The notes under the pieces were generated by a model. The model made no database searches and had not been told where the DNA came from. It saw only the letters and a list, made by a program, of their open reading frames with translations. A program made the position numbers and the translations under genes. A stretch of 63,955 nucleotides of DNA, counting the filler, from Bacteroidales bacterium (GTDB lineage: Bacteria; Bacteroidota; Bacteroidia; Bacteroidales; CAIWKO01), in NCBI GenBank assembly GCA_035389045.1. It is 7 parts of 7 records of this genome, joined end to end, with 100 filler letters (N's around TTAATTAATTAA, not from the genome) between each part and the next. Parts side by side here need not be neighbours in the genome. Positions count along the whole stretch, not along the records: positions 1 to 12,466 come from DAOORA010000096.1; positions 12,567 to 21,838 come from DAOORA010000102.1; 5 more parts are not named here. One strand, given 5' to 3'. How positions within the stretch are numbered: the stretch's first letter is position 1; every line of letters begins with the position of its first letter. Shown here piece after piece: positions 9,801 through 18,455 of the stretch.

Positions 9801-12387
9801 TCGGAGTGTCAGACCAATACACCGACTGACAACCTGTTGCATTTTGTTTATTCATAAAATTCAGTCTGCAAAGCGCACCGTCAACAACAACTCCGAACGA
9901 TTCTGCCCACGAATAGGTAATGGCATGAAAAGGACCATAATAATTGGAAGCAATGACAGTAACTCCGGATATTCCGGAATGCCAATTTGTAGTGCTGACA
10001 TATTTCAGCGTTGTGGTATCATACTGTATTGTAAACTGAAATCCACGGATATCATCAGGTGCAAAACAAGATGTGGTAATATCAACAGCAACATTACTGC
10101 CGGGTATTGCACCTGATACCGTTTGTAAGGTGGCAGTTGCAAAACATGAAGCATTTACGGTCAATGCCGCTGCATTTGACGAAACAGTATTAATGCCGCC
10201 GCAATTTGTTATAACACAGCGGTACTGATAGCTGCCTGCAGCAGTAATTCCGCCAACCATCAGCGTATTGGTGTTTGAATTGCTGTAGATCGCTCCGTCA
10301 GGTGTATCATTTACGACATCTATCCATGTGTTGCCATTATAATATTGCCATTGATACAGGTAAGACGGAGTACCAGCTGCATTAACAGTGAAATAGGCCG
10401 TATCACCGGTATTTATACTCTGATCCGAAGGCTGTCCTGTAATAGACACCGGTGTACATACGGAACAAACCGCTCCGTCAACGTATGAGACCGTATATTC
10501 ATTATAATCGCCATCAATGAATACCCTTGCAGTGGGATTATCCGACCAGTATATCGATTGACAACCCGTCGCCGTAGTTTTATTGAGAAAATTCAATTTA
10601 CAAAGAACCCCGTCAATGACCAGACCGAAGGATTCCGCCCAGGCAAACGTTATTGATTGTAGTGAGCCATAATAAGTAGAAGAAATTATGGTCACCCCTG
10701 TTACGCCTGCAAACCAGTCTGAAGTATTGATATACTTAAGATCAGTGGTATCATATTGAATGGAAAACTGGAAACCGGAAAGATCATCTGGAGCAAAACA
10801 CGATAACGATACATCCACCGAAACATTACTCCCCGGAATTGCGCCCTGTATAGTCTGAATTGTGGCAGTTGCACTGCATACCGCATTCACGGTAAGTGTT
10901 GCAGCGCTCGTGGTGGTATGATTTTCTCCATTACAATTAGTCAAATAACAATGATACTGATAATTTCCGGCTCCGGTAATTCCGCTGACATTCAACGTAG
11001 CTGTTGTATTACCTGTATATACTGCACCGGCAGGAATTCCATTCACCACATCATTCCAGGCGCTTCCGTCATAATAACGCCACTGATAGGTGACCGGCGA
11101 ACTACCGCCTGCACTGACTGAAAAAACTGCACTTTCGCCGGCATCAACCGATTGATCTGAAGGTTGTCCGGTAATAGACACCGGGGTGCATACAGAACAT
11201 ACCGCCCCGTTAATGTATGTGACCGTATATTCATTATAATCGCCATCAATGAATACCCTTGTGGTGGGATTATCCGACCAGTATATAGACTGACAACCCG
11301 TCGCCGTAGTTTTATTGAGGAAATTCAATTTACACAGAACCCCGTCAATGACCAACCCGAAAGATTCCGCCCAGGCAAAGGTAATAGCACGGATGTTTCC
11401 GTAACCGGCTTGTGCCACAGTAACCCCGGTAACACCTGAAAACCAGTTTGTTGTGCTGATATATTTCAGATGCGTCGTATCATAACGTAAGGTGAACTGG
11501 AAACCGGATAGATCATCAGGAGCAAAACATGATAACGAAACATCCACTGCAACATTACTCCCCGGAATTGCATCCTGTATGGTCTGTATGGCAGCCGTCG
11601 GAGCACATACCGCATTCACGGTAAGCGTTGCGGTACTTGTGGCAGTGTCATTTTCTCCGTTACAATTAGTCAAATAACAACGATACAGATAACTTCCTGC
11701 ACTGCTGATTCCGCTTACATTCAACGTAGTTGTTGCACTGCCTGTATAAACGGCACCGGCAGGAATACCATTCACCACATCATTCCAGACGCTTCCATCA
11801 TAATAACGCCACTGATAGGTGACCGGTGAACTACCGCCTGCACTAACCGAAAAAACGGCACTGCCGCCGGCATCAACCGATTGATCTGAAGGCTGTCCTG
11901 TAATGGACACCGGCGAACATACGGAACATACCGCTCCGTCAACGTATGTGACCGTATATTCATTATAATCGCCATCAATGAATACCCTTGAGGTGGGACT
12001 GTCGGACCAGTATATGGACTGACAACCCGTCGCCGTGGTTTTATTGAGGAAATTCAATTTACAAAGAACCCCGTCAATGACCAGGCCGAAGGATTCGGCC
12101 CAGGCAAAGGAAATAGCACGGATGTTCCCGTAACTGGCTTGTGCCACCGTAACCCCGGTAACACCGGCAAACCAGTCTGTTGTGCTGATGTATTTCAGAT
12201 GCGTCGTATCATACCGTATGGTAAACTGAAAGCCCGAAATATCATCGGGGTTGAAACCAGAAATCGAAATATCAACCGTGGTATTGCTGCCCGGCAAAAT
12301 ATTTGTCTGCGTCTGAATAGTGGCTGTCTGTGAATTGGAAGTCAGCACTGTAACGATCAGAATGAACAACAAAATTATTTTTTTCAT
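3820..12387 (-). CDS. Giant T9SS-secreted modular protein: 6x(cohesin-like + Ig), 11x Big_2-like, SdrD-B-like, dockerin-like, cohesin-like, T9SS CTD
   Basis: Signal peptide MKKIILLF; repeated PGSNVAVDVSL..DDLSGFQFTLRYDTTHLKY; Ig ITGQPSDQ..TYQW..YRC; WTSS.PGVATV repeats; ADVNNSKTINTIDI; C-terminal FPNPF..VYNVLGELV..G.Y. Confidence 0.85.
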   Translation of the reverse strand: MKKIILLFILIVTVLTSNSQTATIQTQTNILPGSNTTVDISISGFNPDDISGFQFTIRYDTTHLKYISTTDWFAGVTGVTVAQASYGNIRAISFAWAESFGLVIDGVLCKLNFLNKTTATGCQSIYWSDSPTSRVFIDGDYNEYTVTYVDGAVCSVCSPVSITGQPSDQSVDAGGSAVFSVSAGGSSPVTYQWRYYDGSVWNDVVNGIPAGAVYTGSATTTLNVSGISSAGSYLYRCYLTNCNGENDTATSTATLTVNAVCAPTAAIQTIQDAIPGSNVAVDVSLSCFAPDDLSGFQFTLRYDTTHLKYISTTNWFSGVTGVTVAQAGYGNIRAITFAWAESFGLVIDGVLCKLNFLNKTTATGCQSIYWSDNPTTRVFIDGDYNEYTVTYINGAVCSVCTPVSITGQPSDQSVDAGESAVFSVSAGGSSPVTYQWRYYDGSAWNDVVNGIPAGAVYTGNTTATLNVSGITGAGNYQYHCYLTNCNGENHTTTSAATLTVNAVCSATATIQTIQGAIPGSNVSVDVSLSCFAPDDLSGFQFSIQYDTTDLKYINTSDWFAGVTGVTIISSTYYGSLQSITFAWAESFGLVIDGVLCKLNFLNKTTATGCQSIYWSDNPTARVFIDGDYNEYTVSYVDGAVCSVCTPVSITGQPSDQSINTGDTAYFTVNAAGTPSYLYQWQYYNGNTWIDVVNDTPDGAIYSNSNTNTLMVGGITAAGSYQYRCVITNCGGINTVSSNAAALTVNASCFATATLQTVSGAIPGSNVAVDITTSCFAPDDIRGFQFTIQYDTTTLKYVSTTNWHSGISGVTVIASNYYGPFHAITYSWAESFGVVVDGALCRLNFMNKQNATGCQSVYWSDTPTPRMFINGDFEEYSVTYEDGAVCSVCTPVSISVQPSDQSISAGGSAFFSVSVNGTVPFTFQWQYLNGTSWNDVSDGIPAGSVYSNEAGSAMTVSGITATGSYQYRCLLTNCSGANNISSNPATLMVNALCPSVASIQTVSGAIPGSQIAVNISLSCFAPDNISGFQFTVKYDTTKLKYINSSDWYAGISGVTEVSSTYYGTVHALTFAWAESFAMVIDGVLCKLNFINKTNSTSCESIYWSDMPTPRTIINGDYNEYTVTYVDGGICTVCTGVNITVQPAGQHIGPGESAGFSVSADGSSPISYQWQLYNGNLWTNVNDGVPTGAVYSNSTSDSMTVSGVTAIGNYLYRCYVTNCSGGNVDTSNSATLKVDTISGPIATIQTVPGVIPGSTVAVNIVLSNFAPDDLAGFQFTIRYDTTNLKYINTTGWYPGISDVTQASPSYDGNIRLLSFLWGDMPVIIPNNGVLCKLNFLYKTSATDCESVYWSDNPTPRLFADGDYNEYLATYEDGGICPCIPLSINTAGQPIDQNICFGGNMTFEVGNEVPDELSGTLPFTYQWQYFEDSTWNIVTDGSPTGAIYAYADSNILSVSGNIPIGNYLYRCYLTNCEANNIAVSNSVTLTVNGPPPQIISGSTPLCMGSNTVWTSTTSGGNWSSSMPGIAVVSSSTGAVTGISAGTSEITYSVTSGNCTKTASETVVVTAPVPQTITGTSPLCEGSTEIWSSTTTGGTWSSSEPGVAEIDPTTGEVTCINAGTTVITYSVTIGGCINTVTKSLTITAPILQSIIGSTPLCINASAVWSGTIAGGTWTSSVPGVATVGLSTGQVTGVEAGTSLITYSVTVGGCVNTATRTVTVTAPVPQTIEGQTPLCIGSTTIWTSTTPEGAWTSAAPSVATADAVTGLITGVTAGTSIITYSITLGGCVNTATRAVVITAPVAQSIVGTTPLCTGSAANWTSTTTGGTWTSLSPGIASIGQSDGFLTGIEAGTSLITYSVELGGCVNTASRAVTITAPIAQTITGTTPLCTGSSSVWSGTTSGGTWSTSVPGVATIGSLSGNITGITAGTSLITYSVAVGGCINLATNLITVTAPIPQLISGTTPLCIGSVATWSSTTTGGTWTSSLPGIAAADASSGIISGISAGVSVISYSVEIGGCVNTATKTITITAPTPQTITGITPVCIGSSAVWTSTTAGGTWTSSNSGIATAESLTGSITGVSAGTSLVTYTVTTGVCINTATKTVTVTAPITQILTGTTPLCVGSHDLWSATTEGGIWVSAAPAVATVDIATGQVTGMAAGTTHITYSVTTGGCVNTATRSLTITAPIPQTITGNTPICTGSTAVWTSTTTGGNWASSLPNVATVDSLSGIVTGIGSGTSEISYSVTVGGCVNTAIKTVTITAPVVQIITGITPICSGSSVLWTSTSNGGTWTSSNPGVASVGSLTGQVTGISVGSSDITYTVLIGGCINIAVKTITVIAMPAAEAGADNIFTGTALPLGDSNNGPGMCSWYPATGLDNPDICQPLASPLTATTYILTVNNNGCITIDSVKISIGHTISGKTSYTGRANAGSPAPNYPTYNAPKYIIDNVIVILKSHPAGTEIARDTSDAAGNYQFNNILNGNYILSYDKFTPDTMQWGNDVNAIDVSLLKYFVGSDTNQDPSRCFSAIYKRAADVNNSKTINTIDIARIKTKIVSPYTTTYNLPKGNWPVIDTMINMSGEDMNVKLRTVCYGDYNASSSRYRDSLITWVGLKSLKDDFIVTSGELITTNDPYYFEIPLKISSKMNDFSALGLEITYPYDQYRLETVYVPKAVNKTGIIKINPSYEEIIAEDNDLLVTDEKGVIRVLYATTNHFDLAAADDLIIMGFHKLFGQKSGNIDFLLSGTGVIGNQYGDENEGIYLLMPKVFVQGDYVETGLSFTAFPNPFNEKADINYTLPENGMVKLCVYNVLGELVSILVDENQQIGKHSVVFAAKNYPAGMYTFKLEFTGLKESKCQILKLVH
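5395..7930 (-). repeat. Eleven intragenic 231-bp (77-aa) Big_2-like repeats
   Basis: Q.I.G.TPLC.GS...WTSTT.GGTW.SS repeated 11 times; GGCGTTGTTCC recurs at 6743 and 6974. Confidence 0.85.
7935..12330 (-). repeat. Six intragenic ~730-bp repeats (cohesin-like + Ig module)
   Basis: Near-identical DNA at a 729-nt offset between the first copies (shadow ORFs 11772-11978 and 11043-11249); copies diverge toward the C-terminus. Confidence 0.85.
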
Positions 12388-12466
12388 AGGTTTAAATTTT
12401 TGTATCATTTATTATATTTTAATGAATTAATTTCAGCACCGCAGATTTACATTCATTCATGCACAT

Positions 12467-12566
12467 NNNNNNNNNNNNNNNNNNNNNNNNNNNNNNNNNN
12501 NNNNNNNNNNTTAATTAATTAANNNNNNNNNNNNNNNNNNNNNNNNNNNNNNNNNNNNNNNNNNNN
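12467..12566. other. Artificial contig linker
   Basis: N44-TTAATTAATTAA-N44, stops in all frames. Confidence 0.98.
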
Positions 12567-12873
12567 GCGAGCTGGGTTCAGAACGTCGCGAGACAGTTCG
12601 GTCCCTATCTGTTGTGGGCGTTGGAAATTTGAGAGCACCTGACTCTAGTACGAGAGGACCGAGTCGGACAAGCCGCTAGTGTATCTGTTGTGGCGCCAGC
12701 TGCATTGCAGAGTAGCTATGCTTGGATGAGATAAGCGCTGAAAGCATCTAAGTGCGAAACTCAGCTCAAGATGAGATTTCCTTTAAGGATCGTGGAAGAT
12801 TACCACGTTGATAGGCTGCAGGTGTAAAGGCGGTAACGTCAAAGCCAAGCAGTACTAATTATCCGTAACTTTC
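12567..12873 (+). rRNA. rrl: 23S rRNA, 3' fragment
   Basis: GAGCTGGGTTCAGAACGTCG; sarcin-ricin loop AGTACGAGAGGACC; GCTGAAAGCATCTAAG. Confidence 0.97.
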
Positions 12874-12947
12874 TGTATGCTGGCTTTTCTTGATTAACCC
12901 TTTATTGTATTTTCTTTCCCATATGATCATACCATACCTAAGATATT

Positions 12948-13042
<95 letters not shown>

Positions 13043-13055
<13 letters not shown>

Positions 13056-13480
13056 AATTTTAATTAACCCCCTCGCGAAAGCCTGGGGGTTTTTTAATTT
13101 GGGAAAGTCCCGCTGAATTAGAGCAGTATTTCCAGTAATTATTCATGTGTTGAGAATTGTGCTCAAAGAATCATGTTGGCGGGATGTGATAGTGTAACAC
13201 GATCCTCATAGCGGATCGTTAACACTCTCATCATATGTCGTCGCCAAATTTTAATTAACCCCCTCGCGAAAGCCTGGGGGTTTTTTAATTTGGGAAAGTC
13301 CCGCTGAATTAGAGCAGTATTTCCAGTAATTATTCATGTGTTGAGAATTGTGCTCAAAGAATCATGTTGGCGGGATGTGATAGTGTAACACGATCCTCAT
13401 AGCGGATCGTTAACACTATCATCATATATCGTCGTCAAATTTGAAATCCCCCCCTTGCGAAAGCCTGGGGGGGTAATTTC
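13043..13480 (+). repeat. 191-bp tandem repeat beginning with the 5S rRNA 3' end + terminator (2 full copies + diverged partial third)
   Basis: TATGTCGTCGCCAAATT at 13043 and 13234; TATATCGTCGTCAAATT at 13425; each followed by the CCCCC..GCGAAAGCCTGGGGG hairpin. Confidence 0.92.
13062..13099 (+). terminator. rRNA operon terminator
   Basis: AACCCCC-TCGCGAAAGCCT-GGGGGTT followed by Ts. Confidence 0.8.
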
Positions 13481-13566
13481 TGGTAATGTGGCATGTGGCA
13501 GAAATACCTGTGAGGGTAATCTTATTTTCCTGAAGGTTTTTTGGGGATTCGACCGTATGAAAAGAC

Positions 13567-16077
13567 CTATTTGTTTATTATCACCAGTTTGTCTTTGGCA
13601 ATAAGATTTCCATGTTCTGAAATTACCGTGTATAAATAAACCCCGTTAAGCAGGCCGGAGGCGCTTATCTGTATTTTACCCGTTAACAGCGGAATTGGTT
13701 TTCTATAAACCGCTCTACCGGTGATATCGTATATAACCAGGCGGCAGCCCTCTTCGTGAGTACCCTTTGATAAAAGCCACATCTCGCCGTTATTAGGATT
13801 TGGTACGATGCTGATGGCAGCGTCAGAAGCTGACGACGAGGTTGTCTGCTCCTGTGTCCCGGTCTGTGTGCCGCAATCTGGTACTTCGAGAACAATTTTC
13901 ATGGTATCTGCCACTCCGTTGGTATCGGTGAGTATGAGAGTGAAATTATAGGTTCCGGGCTGGTAGTAAACCACAGGGTCAACCTCAGTTGATGTTATTC
14001 CGTTACCAAAATCCCAGTAATAAGTATACACTTCATCAATGGTATCTCCGTTAATGCCTTTGAATTTCAGTGTGTCGACGGGACATTCCAGCGCCAGAAA
14101 ATCGTTGTCACCGGTATCTTCAACCTCGAGGTCGTAGGGCGTTTTGGGCAGTGAAATAAGTGAATCATAATAAGGAGTGTACATGTTATTTGGATAAAGA
14201 GGCGCGGTAGTATCTTTGGACCCTCCCAAGTATTCATTACAATGTAAATCATCAATGTATGCATGAAAATAACAACCTTCTGTTGCATGAAAACCGGGTT
14301 TAAGATGGATAGATGTGCTCGCAACATAAGTAACATTTCCAGGATTGTCTGTTACGATTGGTTGGGTTTGTATCCCGATGGTCTGTGTTGATGTTAGTGT
14401 GTTAAATGCAACGAATTTTGTTGGATGAGTAATAGTGCCAAATTCGATAGAATCAGAACCAGATGGTAACCATTGAATGCATCCCGGCATATAACCAACA
14501 AGATTTCTATCAACATAATTTACGTAATACGGGCAGTATTGACTATTAATTATGTGGTAAAGATTGTAAAGGAGCATGTAATCAAGCCCATTATAATTAC
14601 CAATGTAATCATCTCCATGATCTTGTTTTTCCTGCTCCTTATTCCATTTATAGGATGATGCCCATCCCATACCTGATGAATAAAATCCATCCCCAAGCCA
14701 GCTATCATCAGATTCTGTTTCAGGTTTATAACAATATGGCCCTTCGCAAGGGGCATTATTAAGCTGATCGAGAGTTTTATCCAGCAGATGTTTTTGCTTT
14801 TCATTACCTCTTCTTAAATTATTAAGCACTTCCCATAATAACAGGTAGAATGTATCAGAATTATTATATTCAGAAATAATTTCAATGCCCAGCGAAGTGT
14901 TTGTCCAGGAATTGCCTATTGCCGCTAAAGTACTAGTCATGCTGGAATTTTTCGCTCCACCAGCATTACCAAAAACGGAAGCTACACTCCAACAAATATT
15001 TTGATAAACTTCATTTACATGACCATAATCATAACCCGTCATTGCATTACCAGCGGTGATAAAACCCTTTCCATAATAATAAGTTGAACTACCGTCAAAG
15101 TCATAATCATGATTAGGATCAAATATTCTGAACGAATTTTCTCCATTAATCTTATCACGATTAATACAATAACGAACAATTTTGTCGTAAAGAGAAATTG
15201 CTAATTGGCGACTATTGGAGAAAACAACCGTTCCATTATTATTATATGCGACATTATCATCTGCTAATTTTATTGTTAACGCCATACCCAACATTAAACC
15301 TATCGCTTCATCCTGACTCATTCTCTCCGGATTTTGTTCATCGTCAAAATTTGGCACATCAGGATCTTCAGCGACTCCAAAACACAGATCTGAAGTGCGG
15401 TGGTCAATATATCCGGGGTGCCCACGTGGCAAATACCCATTATTGCTATTTTTAAAACGATATTCACTTAGATCAAAAACACAGTTTGAGTCCAGCCCCT
15501 GGTTTAACAAATCTAAATGGCGCTCCCCCGAAGTTGTATATCCGTGATTATAAACATTTGAATTATCTTTAGAAAAAAAATCACACGGTACATTTCCTCT
15601 TGTAAAAAATCCATTTAACGGATCGGTAAAATTTGGATTATACGGTTGCCAACCAGGCCAATATTCTTCAGCTTTTCTGTCCCAATATTCCTGAATGGCG
15701 TACAATGCCAAATATAGCTCATATGCAGTTTTTGCAGCATCGTCATACTGTCCATTTATTTTAAGAAGATAATATTCTGTAGCAAGAGTTCCCAAGTATA
15801 ATGCAGTGTATTTCCCATGTTGACCATAATCGACATTTTTTGCAGCATAATTATTATAGTCATCAGTTGGGTCATTATCTGAAAGAATTCTATTCCGGAC
15901 ACAAATTATTTGGCTTTCACCCCATTTATATCCAGGAACAACAAAATATTCTAACCTTTTTCGATAATACCAATATTTCATTAAATCCGCAGAAATTTGG
16001 CTGTTTGCATTTTGGCCATATAGAATCAATAAAAACTCAATAATGAAAAAAAGTAGGCTAAATTTTATAGATTTCAT
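13567..16077 (-). CDS. T9SS-secreted protein: unknown N-terminal domain, coathanger-stack-like motif, PKD domain, CTD
   Basis: Signal peptide; ASTSIHLKPGFHA; YYWDFGNG..PGTYNFTL (PKD); IVPNPNNG..IYDITGR..GVYLY (CTD). Confidence 0.8.
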   Translation of the reverse strand: MKSIKFSLLFFIIEFLLILYGQNANSQISADLMKYWYYRKRLEYFVVPGYKWGESQIICVRNRILSDNDPTDDYNNYAAKNVDYGQHGKYTALYLGTLATEYYLLKINGQYDDAAKTAYELYLALYAIQEYWDRKAEEYWPGWQPYNPNFTDPLNGFFTRGNVPCDFFSKDNSNVYNHGYTTSGERHLDLLNQGLDSNCVFDLSEYRFKNSNNGYLPRGHPGYIDHRTSDLCFGVAEDPDVPNFDDEQNPERMSQDEAIGLMLGMALTIKLADDNVAYNNNGTVVFSNSRQLAISLYDKIVRYCINRDKINGENSFRIFDPNHDYDFDGSSTYYYGKGFITAGNAMTGYDYGHVNEVYQNICWSVASVFGNAGGAKNSSMTSTLAAIGNSWTNTSLGIEIISEYNNSDTFYLLLWEVLNNLRRGNEKQKHLLDKTLDQLNNAPCEGPYCYKPETESDDSWLGDGFYSSGMGWASSYKWNKEQEKQDHGDDYIGNYNGLDYMLLYNLYHIINSQYCPYYVNYVDRNLVGYMPGCIQWLPSGSDSIEFGTITHPTKFVAFNTLTSTQTIGIQTQPIVTDNPGNVTYVASTSIHLKPGFHATEGCYFHAYIDDLHCNEYLGGSKDTTAPLYPNNMYTPYYDSLISLPKTPYDLEVEDTGDNDFLALECPVDTLKFKGINGDTIDEVYTYYWDFGNGITSTEVDPVVYYQPGTYNFTLILTDTNGVADTMKIVLEVPDCGTQTGTQEQTTSSSASDAAISIVPNPNNGEMWLLSKGTHEEGCRLVIYDITGRAVYRKPIPLLTGKIQISASGLLNGVYLYTVISEHGNLIAKDKLVIINK

Positions 16078-16095
16078 AATTTTTCAAATAAAAAA

Positions 16096-16530
16096 TTACT
16101 TCCTTTCTAATTTAATTAAATATTCTTTACCAAGGAAGTTGGTCTTTAATTCAAAAAAACTCTTCCTTAATTTAATAATTGACCACTCAGGAGTTTTATC
16201 GCGCCCAATTGGACCAGTCCCTATGGCTCCAGAAGATGCGGTGATTAGCATTTTTTTTGCATTTTCTCTTAATTCCCATCTAAAGATTACTGGAAAATTA
16301 TTATTATCTGTTCTTTTGCCTGTGACTTCACATATATTTTTATAATAAGCATCATTGTAAAAAAAATGAAAATCCACACCCAGGCTATCTCTGTATAAAT
16401 CAAGTGAGTCAGCATCATTTACTCTGTATGAAGTAATTGTATAAAATCCATAAATCGTATTAAGCGTATATTTTTCACAACCACTTACCAATGCTGCAAT
16501 TACAATAAAAATCAACAATGTTTTTTTCAT
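16096..16530 (-). CDS. Hypothetical lipoprotein
   Basis: Lipobox LVSG-C after a hydrophobic stretch; ATGA overlap with the upstream gene. Confidence 0.75.
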   Translation of the reverse strand: MKKTLLIFIVIAALVSGCEKYTLNTIYGFYTITSYRVNDADSLDLYRDSLGVDFHFFYNDAYYKNICEVTGKRTDNNNFPVIFRWELRENAKKMLITASSGAIGTGPIGRDKTPEWSIIKLRKSFFELKTNFLGKEYLIKLERK

Positions 16531-17609
16531 TTCTGTTTAATGTTTTTAAGTTCATTAACTTCATTTTTTAACTTCATATTTTGCGCCTTTAGAAATTCCA
16601 GTTGTTTGTTTATTTCTATAGTATAAAGCGTCAACTCCTCAATTTTCTGCAACAGCACGGCCTGTGAATTGCCCAGTGCCACACCGTTTTTCTCTACCTC
16701 TGCAGCTGATGGCACACCCGGAAGATGACGGTGTTCATTTATATATTGTTCCACCTCCGGTAGCGGCATCAATTTATAATCTTTTTCAAAAACAAAATCA
16801 GACCAGTTGGTTTCAACCACTATTTCTTTCGCCCTGATCTTCCCGTTCACTGATAAGCGGAAGTCGGGATGAGGCGTAACGGTGCCTATGCCTACGTTGG
16901 TTTTATCAATCCGCATAGATTCTGTTCCACCGTTGGTAAATGCAATGACATCTGCAGCCGGGTGAAACATTCCGGTCATGTCATTGTTAAACCATGTATA
17001 ATCAGGATTTGCCGATGAGGAAAAAGTATTGTTTCCCCTGATAAATGCTGAAGAAATAATGGCATTAGCTGTTTCGGAAAAAATACCGTTGCCGGTTACA
17101 TGCAGATCCGACAAAGGATTATTTGTCCCTATGCCGACACTGCCGTTAATTCCAACTTTGCCTGCATTTAGTAGGGACATAATAGTATGGTCATCGAGGA
17201 TAAAATACATATCGCCATCTTCCTGTAATGTAAAAATAGCATTTTTATCCTTCACTCCCATAAGTAATCCATCTGTGGCCAGCGAATCCGTTGCGTGATT
17301 GGTGATCTGAAAGGTGGTAATGGCATAATATTGTGAAAGCGGGATTGATGGTAAACTTTTAGTACTGCCGTGTTCATTGACAACAATATTATCCGACATT
17401 CTCATCTCATCAGAATGGATATGTAATTTTGACTTAGGTGTACTGGTGCCCAGCCCGATAAAATCACCGTTATCAAAAAACTGGCTTATCCCATAAGTAA
17501 AGGCTGCATCATTCAGAGATTTGACCAGATAATTTGCGGGAAGGCTGGGTTGCTGGGCCAGAAGAGGTAAGGATGCAATAAAACACAACATAGCAATCCC
17601 CTTTTTCAT
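16527..17609 (-). CDS. Tail-fibre-like protein with C-terminal S74/intramolecular chaperone-like domain
   Basis: VGIGT repeats; LSVNGKIRAKEI..WSDFVFEKDYKL..HLPGVPSA..LLQKIEELTLY and a coiled coil; start chosen at MKKGIA. Confidence 0.75.
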   Translation of the reverse strand: MKKGIAMLCFIASLPLLAQQPSLPANYLVKSLNDAAFTYGISQFFDNGDFIGLGTSTPKSKLHIHSDEMRMSDNIVVNEHGSTKSLPSIPLSQYYAITTFQITNHATDSLATDGLLMGVKDKNAIFTLQEDGDMYFILDDHTIMSLLNAGKVGINGSVGIGTNNPLSDLHVTGNGIFSETANAIISSAFIRGNNTFSSSANPDYTWFNNDMTGMFHPAADVIAFTNGGTESMRIDKTNVGIGTVTPHPDFRLSVNGKIRAKEIVVETNWSDFVFEKDYKLMPLPEVEQYINEHRHLPGVPSAAEVEKNGVALGNSQAVLLQKIEELTLYTIEINKQLEFLKAQNMKLKNEVNELKNIKQK

Positions 17610-17887
17610 TATGCCGGAAAAACGAAAGACGAACCTTTTGATGAAAATTCTTAATCTGCTCATTATCATATCTTTATAATTTATGAGTTTATATATTATT
17701 TTAGTAATGATATTATTTAAACAAATATAAACCGGCAAATAACATTTGTCAACTTTTTTAACATTTATTTTTTAACATTAGTAAAAATGATGGCATACTA
17801 TAACCGGAAATATTTTGTTACATGCACGTAACTAAGGATGATCAACGTTAATCCGCGGCGGAGCTATGCTTCTACTTTACAACAAAG

Positions 17888-17976
17888 TACTCAAAGGGAT
17901 GCACATCATATGTCGTCACCAATTTAAATTAACCCCCCGCGAAAGCCTGGGGGTTCTTAATTTAGGAAAGTCACGC
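17888..17976 (+). repeat. Distal diverged copy of the 5S 3' end/terminator repeat
   Basis: CATCATATGTCGTCACCAATTTAAATTAACCCCCCGCGAAAGCCTGGGGGTTCTTAATTTAGGAAAGTCACGC matches 13229-13304. Confidence 0.9.
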
Positions 17977-18455
17977 AGTACAGCTATTGTTTTCAGTGAC
18001 CTCCATGACGCATGCAGAATCCTTTGGCAGCATCAATAAGGCAGGCAATTTCGTTGCCAAAGAAAAGGGTTTTTGAAACATCCGATATCCTGGTTTAGTA
18101 AACACTGGACCGGCAATCTTGCAGTAAAACACAATTATATCGGAGAAAGTTAATATTCAATTTCGATTTATGTTTTCTCGGTTGACACCGCAGTCAACGG
18201 TCATAAGTTACAGCAAAAAGTGACCTTCGCATACGGACATAAATCCCAAAAGAAATATTTCCTGATAAAACCTGAAATAGTAATGGGGAACTTTGATTCT
18301 TTCTTCGGGGTATTCCCGAAGATATATAAAAGAATATAAAAATTAAAAAAATGTTTTTAAATGTAATGATATTAAAATTAAATACTTGTATTTCAAAAAA
18401 ATAATTATTTTTATACCCCTAAATTTTTTTATAAACATTAATACGGAGAACCAAA

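Noticed and set aside
5450..12333. Many repeated short ORFs within or opposite the giant gene
   Set aside because: Shadow frames produced by the intragenic repeats.
16527..17609. Prophage suggested by the tail-fibre-like gene
   Set aside because: No capsid, terminase, portal or integrase genes; the protein has a signal peptide and this family is common in non-phage Bacteroidota loci.
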